Below, piece by piece: positions 1 to 12,990 of a stretch of DNA of 64,000 bases. The DNA is taken from NCBI RefSeq assembly GCF_009914755.1, contig NC_060946.1; one strand, 5' to 3'. Origin of the DNA: the human T2T-CHM13v2.0 reference genome, Homo sapiens. A program made the position numbers and the translations under genes. Numbering within the stretch: position 1 is the first letter of the stretch; each line of letters starts with the position of its first letter. A model generated the notes under the pieces. That model searched no databases, had not been told where the DNA came from, and worked only from the letters and a program-made list of their open reading frames with translations.

Positions 1-134
1 TTCTCAGGGGAAAAAAAATGTAAGTGTACGATCATTAAAAACCACGTACACAATTATTTTACTTTACTCCTGCGTGGACAAACTTGGAAACCAGTCAATA
101 GTTTCATCTGTTGGATTTGAACTTCCGAGCTTCA

Positions 135-185
135 GAAATAAGTATTCCTGGAAATAAGTATTGGAAATAAGTATGGAAATAAGTG
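135..185. repeat. Degenerate tandem repeat, core GAAATAAGT x4
   Basis: Copies start at 135, 151, 164, 176 (periods 16, 13, 12). Confidence 0.9.
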
Positions 186-970
186 TTTCTGCATCTAAAA
201 TACTGTCAGCTGAACATTTTCTAAATACAGTTACGCTTAAAATTGGCTTTTGGCTCCTATGCTGTGTGGCTATTGTCTCTGTCACTTGGCAGAACCATAG
301 GAAAAGAACAAAAAGGGGGTATTATTGAAAGGCTGATTGTTGATAGACTTGAGCCACAATGAGCCAACCCATGTCTGACATTCTTTCAGGGAAGTCTAGT
401 TATTTAGTAATTCATTTCCTGCAGGAACAATTTACTTCACGCTTTTCTCTCATCCTCAGAAGACTTTGGAGGTGACAAGCACCTTCCGAGCTAACTCTAG
501 GGGCTCGGATCAGGAAAAAATATCTTGGAAACAGCAGTGGGAGAGATTAGCAAGGGTGAATAACTCAAGTTTACAAAACAGTAAATGGAGAAACCAGCGA
601 TTTTGGATGCTGATCATTTATTTTGACAGGTGTAGTTTATCTCTGCTCATTTATAATAATTATACATTGTGGAGACTCATTATCCTGCCCTCCTCCTGTC
701 TCAGTGCTGAGAGCAGTTAAAAGTAAATTTGGCAAGTCTGTAGGGGGAGTGAGATAATGGGTGTTAATGACCAAACGGGATATCTATACTTGAGCCACTT
801 GCTGTGAGGGTGGCATACTGATCATTGAAGATGTGCAGTCAGGCTTTCAAATAACATTTCTAACTCTTGGGATTTTTTTCTTCCTTCAGTGTTTCGTTGG
901 AATTGAACATATTCATAGAGGCACTCTCCCATTTCTTGTTACCCTCCCTTCTCTTAAGAACACTAATCTT

Positions 971-1256
971 GACTGGGCTCGGTGGCTCCTGCCTGTAATC
1001 CCAGCACATTGGGAAGCCGAGGCAGGTGGATCACGAAGTCAGGAGTTCGAAACCAGCTTGACTAACATGATGAAACGCCGTCTCTACTAAAAATACAAAA
1101 ATTAGCACGTGCCTGTAATCCCAGCTACTTAGGAGGCTGAGGCAGGAGAATCACTTGAACGCTGGAGGAAGAGGTTGCAGTGAGCCGAGATCACGCCATT
1201 GCTCTCCAGCCTGGGTGACAGAGTGAGACTCTGTCTCAAAAAAAAAAAAAAAAAAA
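971..1256 (+). mobile_element. AluS (Sg-like) with short internal deletion
   Basis: Alu dimer, A-tail, TSD AAGAACACT(A/G)AT(C/T)TT; ~14 nt missing after AAATTAGC. Confidence 0.95.
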
Positions 1257-1369
1257 GAACACTGATTTTTCAGATTCTAAGTTCAGAGAAATACTGGTTA
1301 GATGTTTTGAAAGATCCTGGTATGGTTACTATTTTGACCAAATAATTTGGGCAGACAGCAAAATTGATG

Positions 1370-1580
1370 GGTTAATCACATGGATGTTGGAGCCAGAGAG
1401 GTTATAAGCTTTGCTACTTACTAAATGTGTTTCCTACAACTCGGTTTTGCTATCAGTTTCATGGGGATAATAATGGTACCTCCGTCAAAGGTGTGTTCTT
1501 CCAACTTGAGTAGAAATACCTAGAACCACATGCTGGCATGTATTAAGTACTATGTAAGCATTTATTATTGTTGTTATTAG
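1370..1580 (+). mobile_element. MIR
   Basis: Degenerate MIR core (tcagtttc..atggggataataatggtacct) and 3' end. Confidence 0.6.
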
Positions 1581-1805
1581 TAAAAGGGAGGTGACTGTAC
1601 CTTATGAGCAATGCAATGAGTATTAAATAATATAATTCATATAGTGCTTTCAAAAAAGATTAGTTAGGCTTAGTAGCTATTCTGATTTTGTGGTTTTAAA
1701 GTTCTGAGCTCAGAATTGCCTGAGAAGTGAAACTTCACATTATTACATGCAGCATTTTATACAATTTACTTCAAAAACATATATATATGTGTATATATAT
1801 ATATA

Positions 1806-2106
1806 TTTTTTCTTTGAGATGGAGTCTCACTCTGTCACCCAGGCTGTAGTGCAGTCGTGCAATCTTGGCTCACTGCAGCCTCCACCTCCTGGGTTCAAGC
1901 AATTCTCCTTCCTCAGCCTCCTGAATAGCTGGGATTACACGCACCTGCCATCACACCTGGCTAACTTTTTTTTTTTTATGTATTTTCAGTAGCGATGGGG
2001 TTTCACCATGTTGGCCAGGCTGGTCTGGAACTCCTGACCTCAGGTGATCCGCCTACCTCAGCCTCGAAAGTGCTGGGATTACAGGCCTCAGCCACCTCAC
2101 CAGGCC
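1806..2106 (-). mobile_element. AluSx-like with (TA)n tail extension
   Basis: Antisense Alu dimer; (TA)n at ~1779-1806. Confidence 0.95.
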
Positions 2107-2779
2107 ACCCAAAAATATTCTGAGTGTTCACTCTTGGCCAAGTCCTGGACACACAAAGATAAATAAGGTTATGATTCTAACCCTCTGAATAGGAATGAAA
2201 ACACAAAAGCAAATATATTACTAGGGCTAGAAGAGACCTTGAGAGACCCTCTACCCCAGGCAGAATTGACGTTAAAACAACATACATTGTCTTCTGGAAG
2301 ACTTGCTGAAAAGGCTGTTCTCAATGACTCCTTAGAAAGAAATCCCTGGGTCTCTTTCCCCACTTTTAACCTGAATGTCTCCTCCCATAAATGAATCCAC
2401 GTCCTCCCATGTTATACAGATGAAAAGTACTCTGTTGCCTCTTCAACATATGCTCTGATTCTGCTTTCAAATTGATTGACTCAGGACTGCCATTTGCCCA
2501 TCTAATGTCTTTGTTCAAATTAGTAAAGGATGTTTCTTGAAGTTGGTAAAGTGTGCCCTGGTGAAGAATAACTTGCACAATTGTAGGGGAAAGTGCCATG
2601 ATTCTTGACTTTCTAACTTTTTGACATCTCAACTCTGGGTAACTCTGCAAACTGAGATATCCTTTGAAATCTCAGTACTTAAGAAACTCTGCATTAGGGA
2701 AGCTTTTTAAAAAGGCAAATTTTGCCATTTTTTTAAAGAGGGAAAGCAAGAAGTGAGTTATATAGAGAAAGGTTTTGGA

Positions 2780-3082
2780 TGTCAGGTGCGTTGGCTCATG
2801 CCTGTAATCCCAGCAGTTTGGGAGACTGAGGCGGGCAGATCACCTGAGGTCAGGAGTTCAAGACCAGCCTGGCTAACATGGTGAAACCCCATCTCTACTA
2901 AAAATACAAAAATTAGCCAGGTGTGGTGGTGCATGCCTGTAATCCCAGTTATTCATGAGGCTGAGGCAGGAGAATTGCTTGAACCCGGGAGGCAGAGGTT
3001 GCGGTAAGCCAAGATCACACCATTGCACTGCAGCCTGGGCGACAGAATGAGACTCCATCTCCAAAAAAAAAGAAAAAAAAAA
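2780..3082 (+). mobile_element. AluSx-like
   Basis: Full dimer, A-tail, TSD AAAGGTTTTGG. Confidence 0.95.
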
Positions 3083-3861
3083 GGTTTTGGTTATACAGAG
3101 AAAGTGATGTAGAGAGGCTTGATATTAGAACTGTTGTCTGTCACTTCTATGACTTCTGGCCTTATCTACCTATTAGAGGCTGGGATGACTTCACCATGAT
3201 TCTCAAATTGCAGTGACTCGGAAGCTCTCCATCCCATATCTCCTCTCCTGCTTCAGCTCTCCTCATTTGCCTCTACTGCTTTGGCATCTGCTTAAAGGAT
3301 CCCTACCTGTAGCTGTCATTGCTGTGATGTCATGAGGATGCCTAGATCCATGCAACTGTGGAGTGACTCAATTCTTTCCAAATTGCCAGTTCTTGGGTGC
3401 AGGGTTCTATGCAGAGGTGGGGAGAGACACCCCATGATGTAACCTACCACACTCTTTAAAGAGACCCCCAGAAGTCTTTGAACTCCTGGTAAGACCATCT
3501 GCCTCCCCACAACAAACTACTCACTAGGGCAATCCCTAAAGGGAGTCCATAGTGAAAATTGCAAACTCACCTTCCCGTACAAGACCACTAGCACTGATCC
3601 CATGATGCCTTCCATCCCTGTTACCTCAGTCACCATCACACTCCTAGGCCTCTCTGGCCATCCCTGGCCCCCTGGGCACATCTCTAGACCACCCCACACA
3701 TTCACTAATTTGACCCAATTTCATACCCATTTACCTTGTCCTCTGATGCACACTCACAAATTCTAAAGCTGTAATCCCTTCTCTCTGCATCCCCTTCCCC
3801 TCATTACCCTAATGCCTCTGAGAGCACTGCCTCCTTGGCAGCCCTTTCAAGAGCTGGTTGA

Positions 3862-4063
3862 ATGGTGAAACCCCATCTCTACTAAAAATCCAAAAATTAG
3901 CTGGGCATGGTGGCGCATGCCTGTAGTCCCAGCTACTCAGGAGGCTGAGGCTGGAGAATCACTTGAACCTGGGAGTGGAGGTTGCAGTGACATGAGATCA
4001 CGCCACTGCACTTCAGCCTGGGCGACAGAGAGAGACTCTGTCTCAAAAAAAAAAAAAAAAAAA
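3862..4063 (+). mobile_element. 5'-truncated AluS
   Basis: Starts at ATGGTGAAACCCC; A-tail; TSD AAGAGCT(G/C)GTTGA at 3849-3861 and 4062-4074. Confidence 0.95.
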
Positions 4064-4775
4064 GAGCTCGTTGATATTCTGTATCTGCACAAGGGTCACC
4101 AGGAGGCTAGGAGGTGAGATACGTGTCCTCAGTGATTGTCACCGTCTCTTCTACCTACTGTCCCTCCATTCTGAAGCTACAGCTGTGAATGAAAGCACAG
4201 AAAGTCCTTGACTTCATGGTGGGGCATGGTGACAAATAACAAATGCCCATGTAACATGTTGGCTGGTGATAAATAGCACAGACAATAAAGCAGGGTGGGC
4301 AGGGGATGGACAGCAGTGAGAACTGTAAGAGAAAGCTAGTTGATAGGGAGTAAGCTGTGCAGATATCAGAGGGGAAGGATGTGTAAATACAAGACTTCAA
4401 GAGCAACATTTAGGTAAGTGATTTGCCCAGCACCCAGGCCTCTGTCCTCCATTTCATACCCTTCTCACCTCGTAGGATCTCATTCCACCCCCAAATGTCA
4501 AGGATCTTTTCACATGGTTAAATCATAGACCTTGTCATTAGCCATAGCTCGGCTATCTTCAAATTCTTCATTTAAACATCTCATTTGCTTTGATAACCAC
4601 TTCCTGTTTTTCCAGCTCATTTACTTGACTACCATTCTATCCCCACAAACACACACCTCCAACCTCACCAGGGCCTCCGTCAACCCTAACAGTGTTTTAC
4701 TATCTGTCACTCCCTCCTTTACTCGGTGTAGATAACATTGTCCATCCCTGCAATCAATCCCTGGTGTATACCCTG

Positions 4776-5181
4776 TGATACTGTTTGGATATTTGTCCCA
4801 TCCAAATCTCCTGTTGAAATATAGTCCCAAGTGTTGGAGGTGGGACCTGGTGGGAGGTTTTTGGGTGATGGGGGCAGATCCCTCATAGCTTGGTGCTGTC
4901 CTCAGATAGTGAGTGAATTCTCTCAAGATTTGGTTGTTTAAAAGTGGGTGACACCCCCACCCCATCCATCTTGCTTCCGCTCTTGCCATGTGACTTGCCT
5001 GCTCCTGTTCCACCTTCCACCGTGGGTAAAAGCTCCCTGGGGCCTTCCCAGAAGCCCAGTGGATGCCAGCACCATGCTTGTACAGCCTGCAGAACCATGA
5101 GTCAATTAAACCTCTTTTCTTTATAAATTCCCCAGCCTCGGGTATTTCTTTAGAGCAATGCAATAACGGCAGTGTACTACA
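4776..5181 (+). mobile_element. MSTB-like MaLR solo LTR
   Basis: TG..CA ends, MST body (tttggatatttgtccc..attaaacctcttttctttataaatt), 5-bp TSD CCCTG. Confidence 0.9.
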
Positions 5182-6381
5182 CCCTGCTTTCCTTCTCCCA
5201 CCCTTCACCTCCATCAAACGAGCATGCTAGACCCCATATACTCTGCTGTCCTCCTCTGCTTCTATGCCTAAGTAGCAGAACACGGAGGTAGAAAAATGCA
5301 TATGGGGACTGAGCTGGTGGATCACAATTCAAATTATGATAATGACTCCTAGGTGGACTTTAGCATTGTCTGGCAGTCCTAGATTTTCCTAATCCACTCA
5401 TTCTCTAACCCTTAAGACTGCTATTTAATAACTTCTCTCTTCTCAACTTCCATCCCTGCTCTAGCCTCTTCACTCCAGCTGATGACCTCATGTCTTTATG
5501 GTGCCGTGATGATGGAATCAAGCAGAAGAGAACTGCCTCATCTTGACACTTTCTAATCTACTCACCAATCTTCATCGCTTCCCCCATACCCTGCTTCCCC
5601 TGCTGTGACAGTGGGCAAATTGGTCCAGCTCCTGAATCAGGCCAGTCCTGGCTGTGGCACATTAGACCTTATCCTGCCCCCACGATTTGCTGACTTTGCT
5701 GCTCCTTCAATTATCCCATCTATTTCTTGCATCATCAACTTCTCCCTTTCTACTGACTCATTCCCACCATATGTATACATGTAAGAAATATCTATGATAT
5801 TTACACAAAATTAAACTATCCTTAGATTTTGTTTCTCATTCCTGGCCTGAGCAATTTCTTTGCTCTCCCTTAAAATGAAACTTGTAAAAAATTTGTCTAT
5901 ACTTGCTGACTGCAATCCACTCAACCAAGCCACTCCAAATCTCTCTCTTCTTTAATTTATTCTATTTAGCACTCCTACAACACTGTCTGCACTGAAATTG
6001 CTCTTTTCAAGGTTCCTGTGTCTTCCAGCCAAATTCCATGGCCGCTTTTGTGATCTTTATCTCACTTGGCCTCTCAGGAACATTGGGCACTCTCTTCTTC
6101 TTGACACTTTTTCTTCACTTGGCTTTTGTGCCACCCTAACTCTTTTAATTTTCCTCTTCTTCCACTGGCTGCTCCATCTCAACCTCCTTAGCTGGTCTTC
6201 CTCTTCTTCCTGACTCTTTATGCATTGGTATTTCCTAGTGCACAGTTTTATTTACTTTCATTTCCTCTGTGAACTCACTTAGCCCCATGGGATCACATTT
6301 ATGACTCTCCAATTTTTTATACTCTCATTTCCTCTCTGAGCTCCAGAATTGTATACTCAGCCATCTATTTTGGATTGCTAT

Positions 6382-6691
6382 CTTTTCTTTTGGGGGGGGT
6401 TGGGGGGTGGGGACAGAGTCTCACACTGTTGCCTGGGCTGGAGTGCAATGGCATGATCTTGGCTCACTGCAACCTCCGCCTGCCGGGTTCAAGTGATTCT
6501 CCTGCCTCAGTCTCCTGAGTGGCTGGGATTACAGGCGTGTGCCAGCACTCCTGGCTAATTTTTTGTATTTTTTGGTAGAGTCGGGGTTTCACTATGTTGG
6601 CCAGGCTGGTCGCGAACTCCTGACCTCATGATCTGCCCTCCTTGGCCTCCCAAAGTGCTGGGATTACAGGCATGAGCCACCGCGCCTGGCC
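6382..6691 (-). mobile_element. AluSg-like
   Basis: Antisense dimer, TSD CTATTTTGGATT; G-runs in tail. Confidence 0.95.
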
Positions 6692-7483
6692 TATTTTGGA
6701 TTCACCCAAATAGGTGAATGTCTAAATTTCAAAAGCACACATCTTGGTTCTTTATTCCAATCCTCTTCTCCCTCCTCAGTAAGTGGCACCATCATATATC
6801 CAGTTGTTCAGGCTCCAAACCCAAGGAGTTCTTGCATTCTCACTTTTCCTTAACCCAGGTCCAATGTAACAGCAACAGCATAAGCCTATTGTCTCAGCTT
6901 TCAAAATTGATCCCATATAGATCACCTTTGATGACTTCATCTGTTACTTTTCTAATTATAGCACCCACCATGCTATAATCCCTGTGGCATAATAAAATAA
7001 TCTCTTGGTTAATTTTCTCATCCGCTTTTGCCACCCACATTCAATTCTCCACATAATAGGTGGAATGTTCTTTTAAAACCATTAATCAGTTCATGGAGCT
7101 CTGTTGCTTAAAACCTATTCATGACTTCCCATGACACTCAAGATAAAATCCCCAACTCCGTCTCATGGCCCCCAAGGGCTTGTATAATCAGCCCCTGGTT
7201 ATGTCTTCAAAGCCATCTTCTATCATTTGATGTCTGGAATGCTCTTTCCTTCATGCTTTTGCATAGCTTGCTCTCTCACTTTATTTCGGTCTCTACTCAA
7301 ATGTCTTCTCTTCAGAGAGACCTTCCTTGCCCACGCTGTTTGAAACAGTGCATCTCATTACTCTTACTCCCTTTAACTTGTTTGTTTTCCTTGTTGCATT
7401 TATTCTATGACTTTTTAAAATGTATCTGTGTTTAAAGATTCGGTGTAATTCATATATTAACAGACTAAATTTAGAAAGCCATA

Positions 7484-8419
7484 TGCTATAGTTTGAATAA
7501 TGATGTCCCCTCCAAAATTCATGTTGAGACTTAATTCCCAATGCAGCAGTATTAGGAGGTGTGGCCTTTGAGAGGCTCTACCCTCATGAATGGGATTAGC
7601 ACCCTTATAAAAGGGCTCAAGGTTGAAGAGAGAGAGTTCTCTTGCCCTTCTGTCCCTTCCATCATGGGAGGACACAGTTCCTCCTCTCCAGAGGATGTAG
7701 CAATATGGCACCGTCTTAGCAGCAGAGAGCAGCCCTCACCAGACACCAATCCTGCTGGTGTCTTTCTTTTTTAATTTTTAATTTTTGTGGGTACATAATA
7801 GGTATATATATTTATGCAATACATGAGATCTTTTAATACAGGTATGCAATGTGTGATAATCACATCATGGAAGATTGGGTATCCATTCCTTCAAGCATTT
7901 ATCTTTTGTATTACAAACAATCTATTTATACTCTTATTTATTTTAAAATGTACAATTAAATTATTACTGATTATAGTCACCCTGTTGTGCTATCAAATAC
8001 TAGGCCTTATTTTTTCACTCTATTTTTGTATTCATTATCCATACCTACCTCCCCCTCACCCACCCCACTACCCTTTCCAGCCTCTGGTAACCATCCTTCT
8101 AATCTCTGTCTCCACGGGTTCAATTGTTTTGATTTTTAGATCCCGCAAATAAGTGATAACATGTGATGTTTGTTTTTCTGTGCCTAGCTTATTTCAATTA
8201 ACCTAATGACCTCCTGTTCCATCCATGTTGTTGCGGATTACTGAATCTCATTCTTTTTTATGGCTGAATAGTACTCCATTGTTTATAAGTACCACATTTT
8301 CTGCTGGTGCCTTGATCTTGGACTTCCCAGCCTTCAAAACCATAAAAAATACATTTCAATTATTTATAACTTACTCAGTATGTAGTATATTGTTACAGCA
8401 GCACCAATGGAGTAAGATA
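7484..8419 (+). mobile_element. MSTD/MSTC-like MaLR solo LTR split by L1MA
   Basis: tgctatagtttgaat..cccctccaaaattcatgttg start; 5-bp TSD CCATA. Confidence 0.85.
7764..8300 (-). mobile_element. L1MA1-3-like 3' end
   Basis: T-tail then ttttgtgggtacat..catgagat..tttaatacagg 3'UTR; TSD CTGCTGGTG(T/C)CTT. Confidence 0.9.
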
Positions 8420-9252
8420 CCATATGATTATTTCGACAGATGCAAAAACACATTTAACATAAGTCAATGCCTAGTCATGATAAAAATCTCTCTACAAACT
8501 AGGAACAGAAGAGAACTTCCTCAATCTGTTAGAGGACATTATAAAGAACTTGTATATCTAACATCATAATTAATAGTAAAGTATTGAATCATTCCCCCTA
8601 AGATTAAGACAAGCATGTCCACTGTTACCATTCTATTTATATTGTACTGGATGTCTTAACCTTTATAATAAGGCAAGATAAGGAAATAAAAGACATAAAG
8701 ACCAGAAAGAAAGAAGCAAAATTGTCTCTATTTGTAGATGTCATGGTAATTTACATAGAAAAGTCCAAGGAATCCACAACTACTAAAACTAATAAATAAA
8801 TTTGATAAGGTTGTATAGAATGTTAATATAAAAAGGAACTATTTTTATATATTAGCAGCAAACAACTGGAAAATGAAATTTTAAAATTCCATGTATAATT
8901 GCTTTAAAAACACAAAATACTTAAAACTAAATTTAATAAAAGTCAAGATATAATCACTAAAATTGTGAAACATTACTGCAGTACATAAAATAACAAAATA
9001 AATAGAAACATATACCATGTTCAAGGATTGGCACTCTCAAACTTATATGTTTTTGTTTATATGTTTATTATCTGCATCTCCCCATAGGATACAAGCTCTT
9101 TGAGGGCAGGAATTTTTTTCTGTTTCATTTATTGATGTATCTTCAGTGTCTATTAATAGTGTCTGGCACATAGTAGTTGCTCATTAAATATTTCTTGAAT
9201 GAATAACCATCCTGGGTCCCAAAGTAGCTTTGATTTTGCTCACATCTCAAGG

Positions 9253-9290
9253 AAAACAAACAAACAAACAAACAAACAAACAAACAAACA
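9253..9290. repeat. (AAAC)n microsatellite
   Basis: About 9 perfect units. Confidence 0.95.
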
Positions 9291-9527
9291 GAAACCTGTC
9301 TGTCTTGTTCCTATCTAAAACCAGTTTTTGTAGCCAGCCAGATGGAGGACATTCTCTTCATAGTCTTCCTCTCTTCTGTCCCCAGACCCTAGCAAGAACT
9401 CTAGTCTCTACCGCTGGTCTCTAAACAGAGGCCCCCAGAGTAAATGGCATGCACAGATTCTTTGCAGTACCCAAATACATTCTTAGAACAGGCTCTGGTT
9501 GCCAAGGGTAAAGAGGAATAGATTTAG

Positions 9528-9840
9528 GGTCAGGCACAGTGGCTCACGCCTGTAATCCCAGCCCTTTGGGAGGTTGAGGCGGGTGGATCACCTGAGGTCA
9601 GGAGTTCGAGACCAGCCTGGCCAAAATGGTGAAGCCCCGTCTCTACTAAAAATAGAAAAAATTAGCGAGGTGTGGTGGCGCATACCTGTAATCCTAGCTC
9701 GGGAGGCTGAGGCATGAGAATAGCTTGAACCTGGGAGGCGAAGTTTGCAGTGAGCTGAGATAGCGCAACTTCACTCCAGCCTGGGTGACAGAGAGAGACC
9801 CTGTCTCAAAAAACAAAACAAAACATAACAACAACAAAAA
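9528..9840 (+). mobile_element. AluSx/Sz-like
   Basis: Full dimer; TSD AAAGAGGAATAGAT. Confidence 0.95.
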
Positions 9841-10009
9841 AGAGGAATAGATATGGGTCTAGGAACAGAGTTTCATGGGACTGGGTAGTTACCTTCAATC
9901 AGGAGCCAGAAATCTAGTCACAAAGAGGGAAGTTAAACCGTGTGATGATTCCCAAGGGGGAAGTGCAGATTAGAGCTGTGAGACAAAACCAAAGAGAAGG
10001 TCAGAACCA

Positions 10010-10315
<306 letters not shown>

Positions 10316-11452
10316 TCAGAACCTAGAATGAAGTAGGAAGAGCGAGCACAGAAAAATCCTTAGGACCAGGCTTGCCCCTCTTCTGGGGAGCAGAGGATGG
10401 CTCATATATAAAGGGTTGGAAACCTCAAAGGACCTGAAGTCAGCTATGGGCTTAAAGCCCAGGTATATATGCGTGGGGAAAGCTCTGGCTTTCCTTGAGG
10501 AGAGTTTCTTTTTCTATAAAATAGAAATTTTCATGCCTGCCATGGCTACTTTATAACAACATTGTAATGGTCAAATGAAGTAAGATAGGTACCATGGAGA
10601 GATTATTGTTATCTATTAGTCAGCATTATCATGTTTAAGGTTCTGAAGAGTAACCACATTTAAGTTCTTATGGTTCATTATTTAATTTGAAGTGAGTTTC
10701 TCCTAATACAATATTCTTCCATATTCAAATATAAATATAAGAATTCATTTCTGCTGCCACATCTAGGATTGTAGAGAAGATAATTCATATCTTTGGTTAC
10801 CTGCAATAGTGTACAGAACTGCTAGTGACTATACCATCTCCTTATATAGTTGGAAACCATCTTTTCCAACTTATTTTCTTTAATTCCACACTTGATCTTG
10901 TTTTCTAACTGCAGAATAATCCATGTCTGGGGCTCTTTTATAAATTATCCACATTGTTAACAACACACAAATAGAGCACAAAATAAATACAAGATTCCAA
11001 CAAAGAAGCATCCAATACCTGGAATAAAGATAGAATTAACCAAAAATAATTACATAAATATTCAATGTAAAAATCTCAACGTGGATCACTCTTAGCCACA
11101 ACATTAAGCAGTGGACCATGTTCAGCTTACGTTTATAATGAAATCTCCCTGGTTAACTCAATGATTAAAAAAAAAAAAAAGAGGCCCTCCTGGCTCATAT
11201 AATAACAAGCATAAAATAACTAGAGAGCATCATTAAAATTAACTATACATTGTGCTGAAGTAGAATATTTAACAGTATCGAGTGCTTTGTCATTTATTAC
11301 ATAGAAGAGTTGTAAGTAGGTCAAACCAGTGACAAGACATGTCACATCACTCCAGAGCTTCACAGACAGGCATGAGTATTTCATGTTTGAACATTTGCTT
11401 CTCATCATTGTTTTTTCTTAGCAAGTTTACCTGACTTTAGATTGGTCCGTGC

Positions 11453-11530
11453 CCTCATCTACAACTATAAAAAGCAATTTCCCAGTCTAAACCTCATCTA
11501 CAACTATAAAAAGCAATTTCCCAGTCTAAA
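11453..11530. repeat. Perfect 39-bp tandem duplication
   Basis: cctcatctacaactataaaaagcaatttcccagtctaaa twice. Confidence 0.97.
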
Positions 11531-12210
11531 CTATTGTTTCTGTGGAGCTGATAGGTAGAAAAGTGAAACTTAGACATACAAGTGGAGGAAAGAACATGTT
11601 TCTGACTTGTCTAGATTCTAAATGATACTAAGACATGAGCCATATGGCCACGGCCTTGAAGCTAGGAAAAGGCCAAGCTGGAGTCTTAACTCAAGTCTGA
11701 TTCTAAACATTGTTCTCTTTTACAGAAATGGCTCTGTCTCTTGTGGGAAGAATCACATAATGCTTATAAAGGGTTTGGATAAAAACTAGTGACAACCAGA
11801 AATGTAATAACAATCCATTTTGTACAATGGTTTGAAATATTCCATTCCCACTTGATATAGGGATTTGTGATGGTTTTCATGACCCTTAACATCAATGACA
11901 AAAATAACCACTGGCCCAATTGCTTAGAACTTGAAATAAATCAGAGAAATGCAATCAATCAGTAAAATATTTTTTGAGTGTCTTCTGTTTGCCCAACACT
12001 AGACTAGACTCTGTGGGAAATGATAGCTCACATATCAAAGTTCTTTGGAAAGCAGGAAGTGAATGTCAAATAGTACTATTAGGGAAAAACTGCAGGAGGT
12101 GGTTCAGTTTCAAAGACCTTAAAATCTTAACGGGGGAGGGGGTTTGCAAATAACAATCCATCTTCATTATCCAAAGTAGCATATAAAATGTAATTAATTG
12201 GTGATTGGAC

Positions 12211-12433
12211 CAGAGACCAATACACTTTTTCTTTAAAGAGCCAGATAGTAAATATTTTAGGTTTTGTGGGCCATATGGTCTCTGTTGTAGATACTCAACT
12301 CTAATGCTGTAGAGCAAAAACAGCCTTAGATAATATATAAAGGAATAGGCATGACTATGTTCCAGTAAAACTAGCTACAAAAGCAAGTGGCCAATTGGAT
12401 TTGATCTATACATAGGCACTTTTCCAACCTCTG
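12211..12433. mobile_element. MER58A (hAT-Charlie MITE)
   Basis: ccagatagtaaatattttaggttttgtgggccatatggtctctg core; CAG..CTG ends. Confidence 0.85.
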
Positions 12434-12814
12434 GTGCAGACTCTGAATGTGAGAGAAGGGTACAAAAGTGATTACTCTTGAACAGTCAGGGAAGACATAG
12501 ATATAATCATCTTTCATACAGGTCCCACCCTTCCTCCAGGCACTCTATTATAGCTCATTGAATTTTGAGGCCTCCAGGGTGGGTTGCCCAAGGTTACACA
12601 ATTTAGTAATACGTTTGCCTAGACTTAAACCTAGGTTTAAACAACTTCCATTCTGTATTCTTTTACCACAATAAACTGCCACCTTTAGCAGAATCACCCA
12701 TGTTCCCCCCTCACTGTATGTCTTAGGGAACACAGAACTTGAGCGGTGTGGACCACTCTGTTGTACAGACCAGGGCTCAAAACTCACACAGAATACAATG
12801 GCCTCTTGGAGAAT

Positions 12815-12990
12815 CGGTGCTCACACTTTGCCGCACATGATCATCTGCTGGGAGTTTTAGAAAATTCTGATGCCTAGCCCATGCTACATATCAATTAAAA
12901 TCAGAATTCCCTAGGGGTGGGACCTAGGCATTAGGATTTTTGAAATGTTCTCAGGTGGTTTCAAAGTCCAGCTAAGTTTGAGAACCACTG
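12815..12990. mobile_element. MER5A/B (hAT-Charlie MITE)
   Basis: aatcagaatt..ggggtgggacctaggcatt..agtttgagaaccactg. Confidence 0.75.

Larger units (their letters stand above)
7430..9040 (+). mobile_element. L1M ORF2 reverse-transcriptase fragment split by MaLR LTR
   Basis: Degenerate RT sequence incl. ctatttgtagatgtcatg (LFADDM-like); continuous across 7484-8419. Confidence 0.8.
4440..9205 (+). mobile_element. Long L2a LINE relic interrupted by nested insertions
   Basis: Endonuclease-end-like motif (atagaccttgtcatt) ~4520, pyrimidine-rich RT region 5300-7410, canonical L2 3' end (gtgtctggcacatagtagttgctcattaaatatttcttgaatgaat) 9045-9205. Confidence 0.8.

Noticed and set aside
135-185. Repeat-spacer pattern as a CRISPR-like array
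   Set aside because: 9-nt repeats with 3-7 nt related spacers in primate DNA; simple slippage
300-720. Unique AT-rich segment as exon or conserved element
   Set aside because: Acceptor-like site near 460 lacks a strong donor; conservation cannot be judged without alignments
12625-12640. 16-bp palindrome TTAAACCTAGGTTTAA (also a 14-bp one at 23269-23282)
   Set aside because: About the number expected by chance in 64 kb of AT-rich DNA
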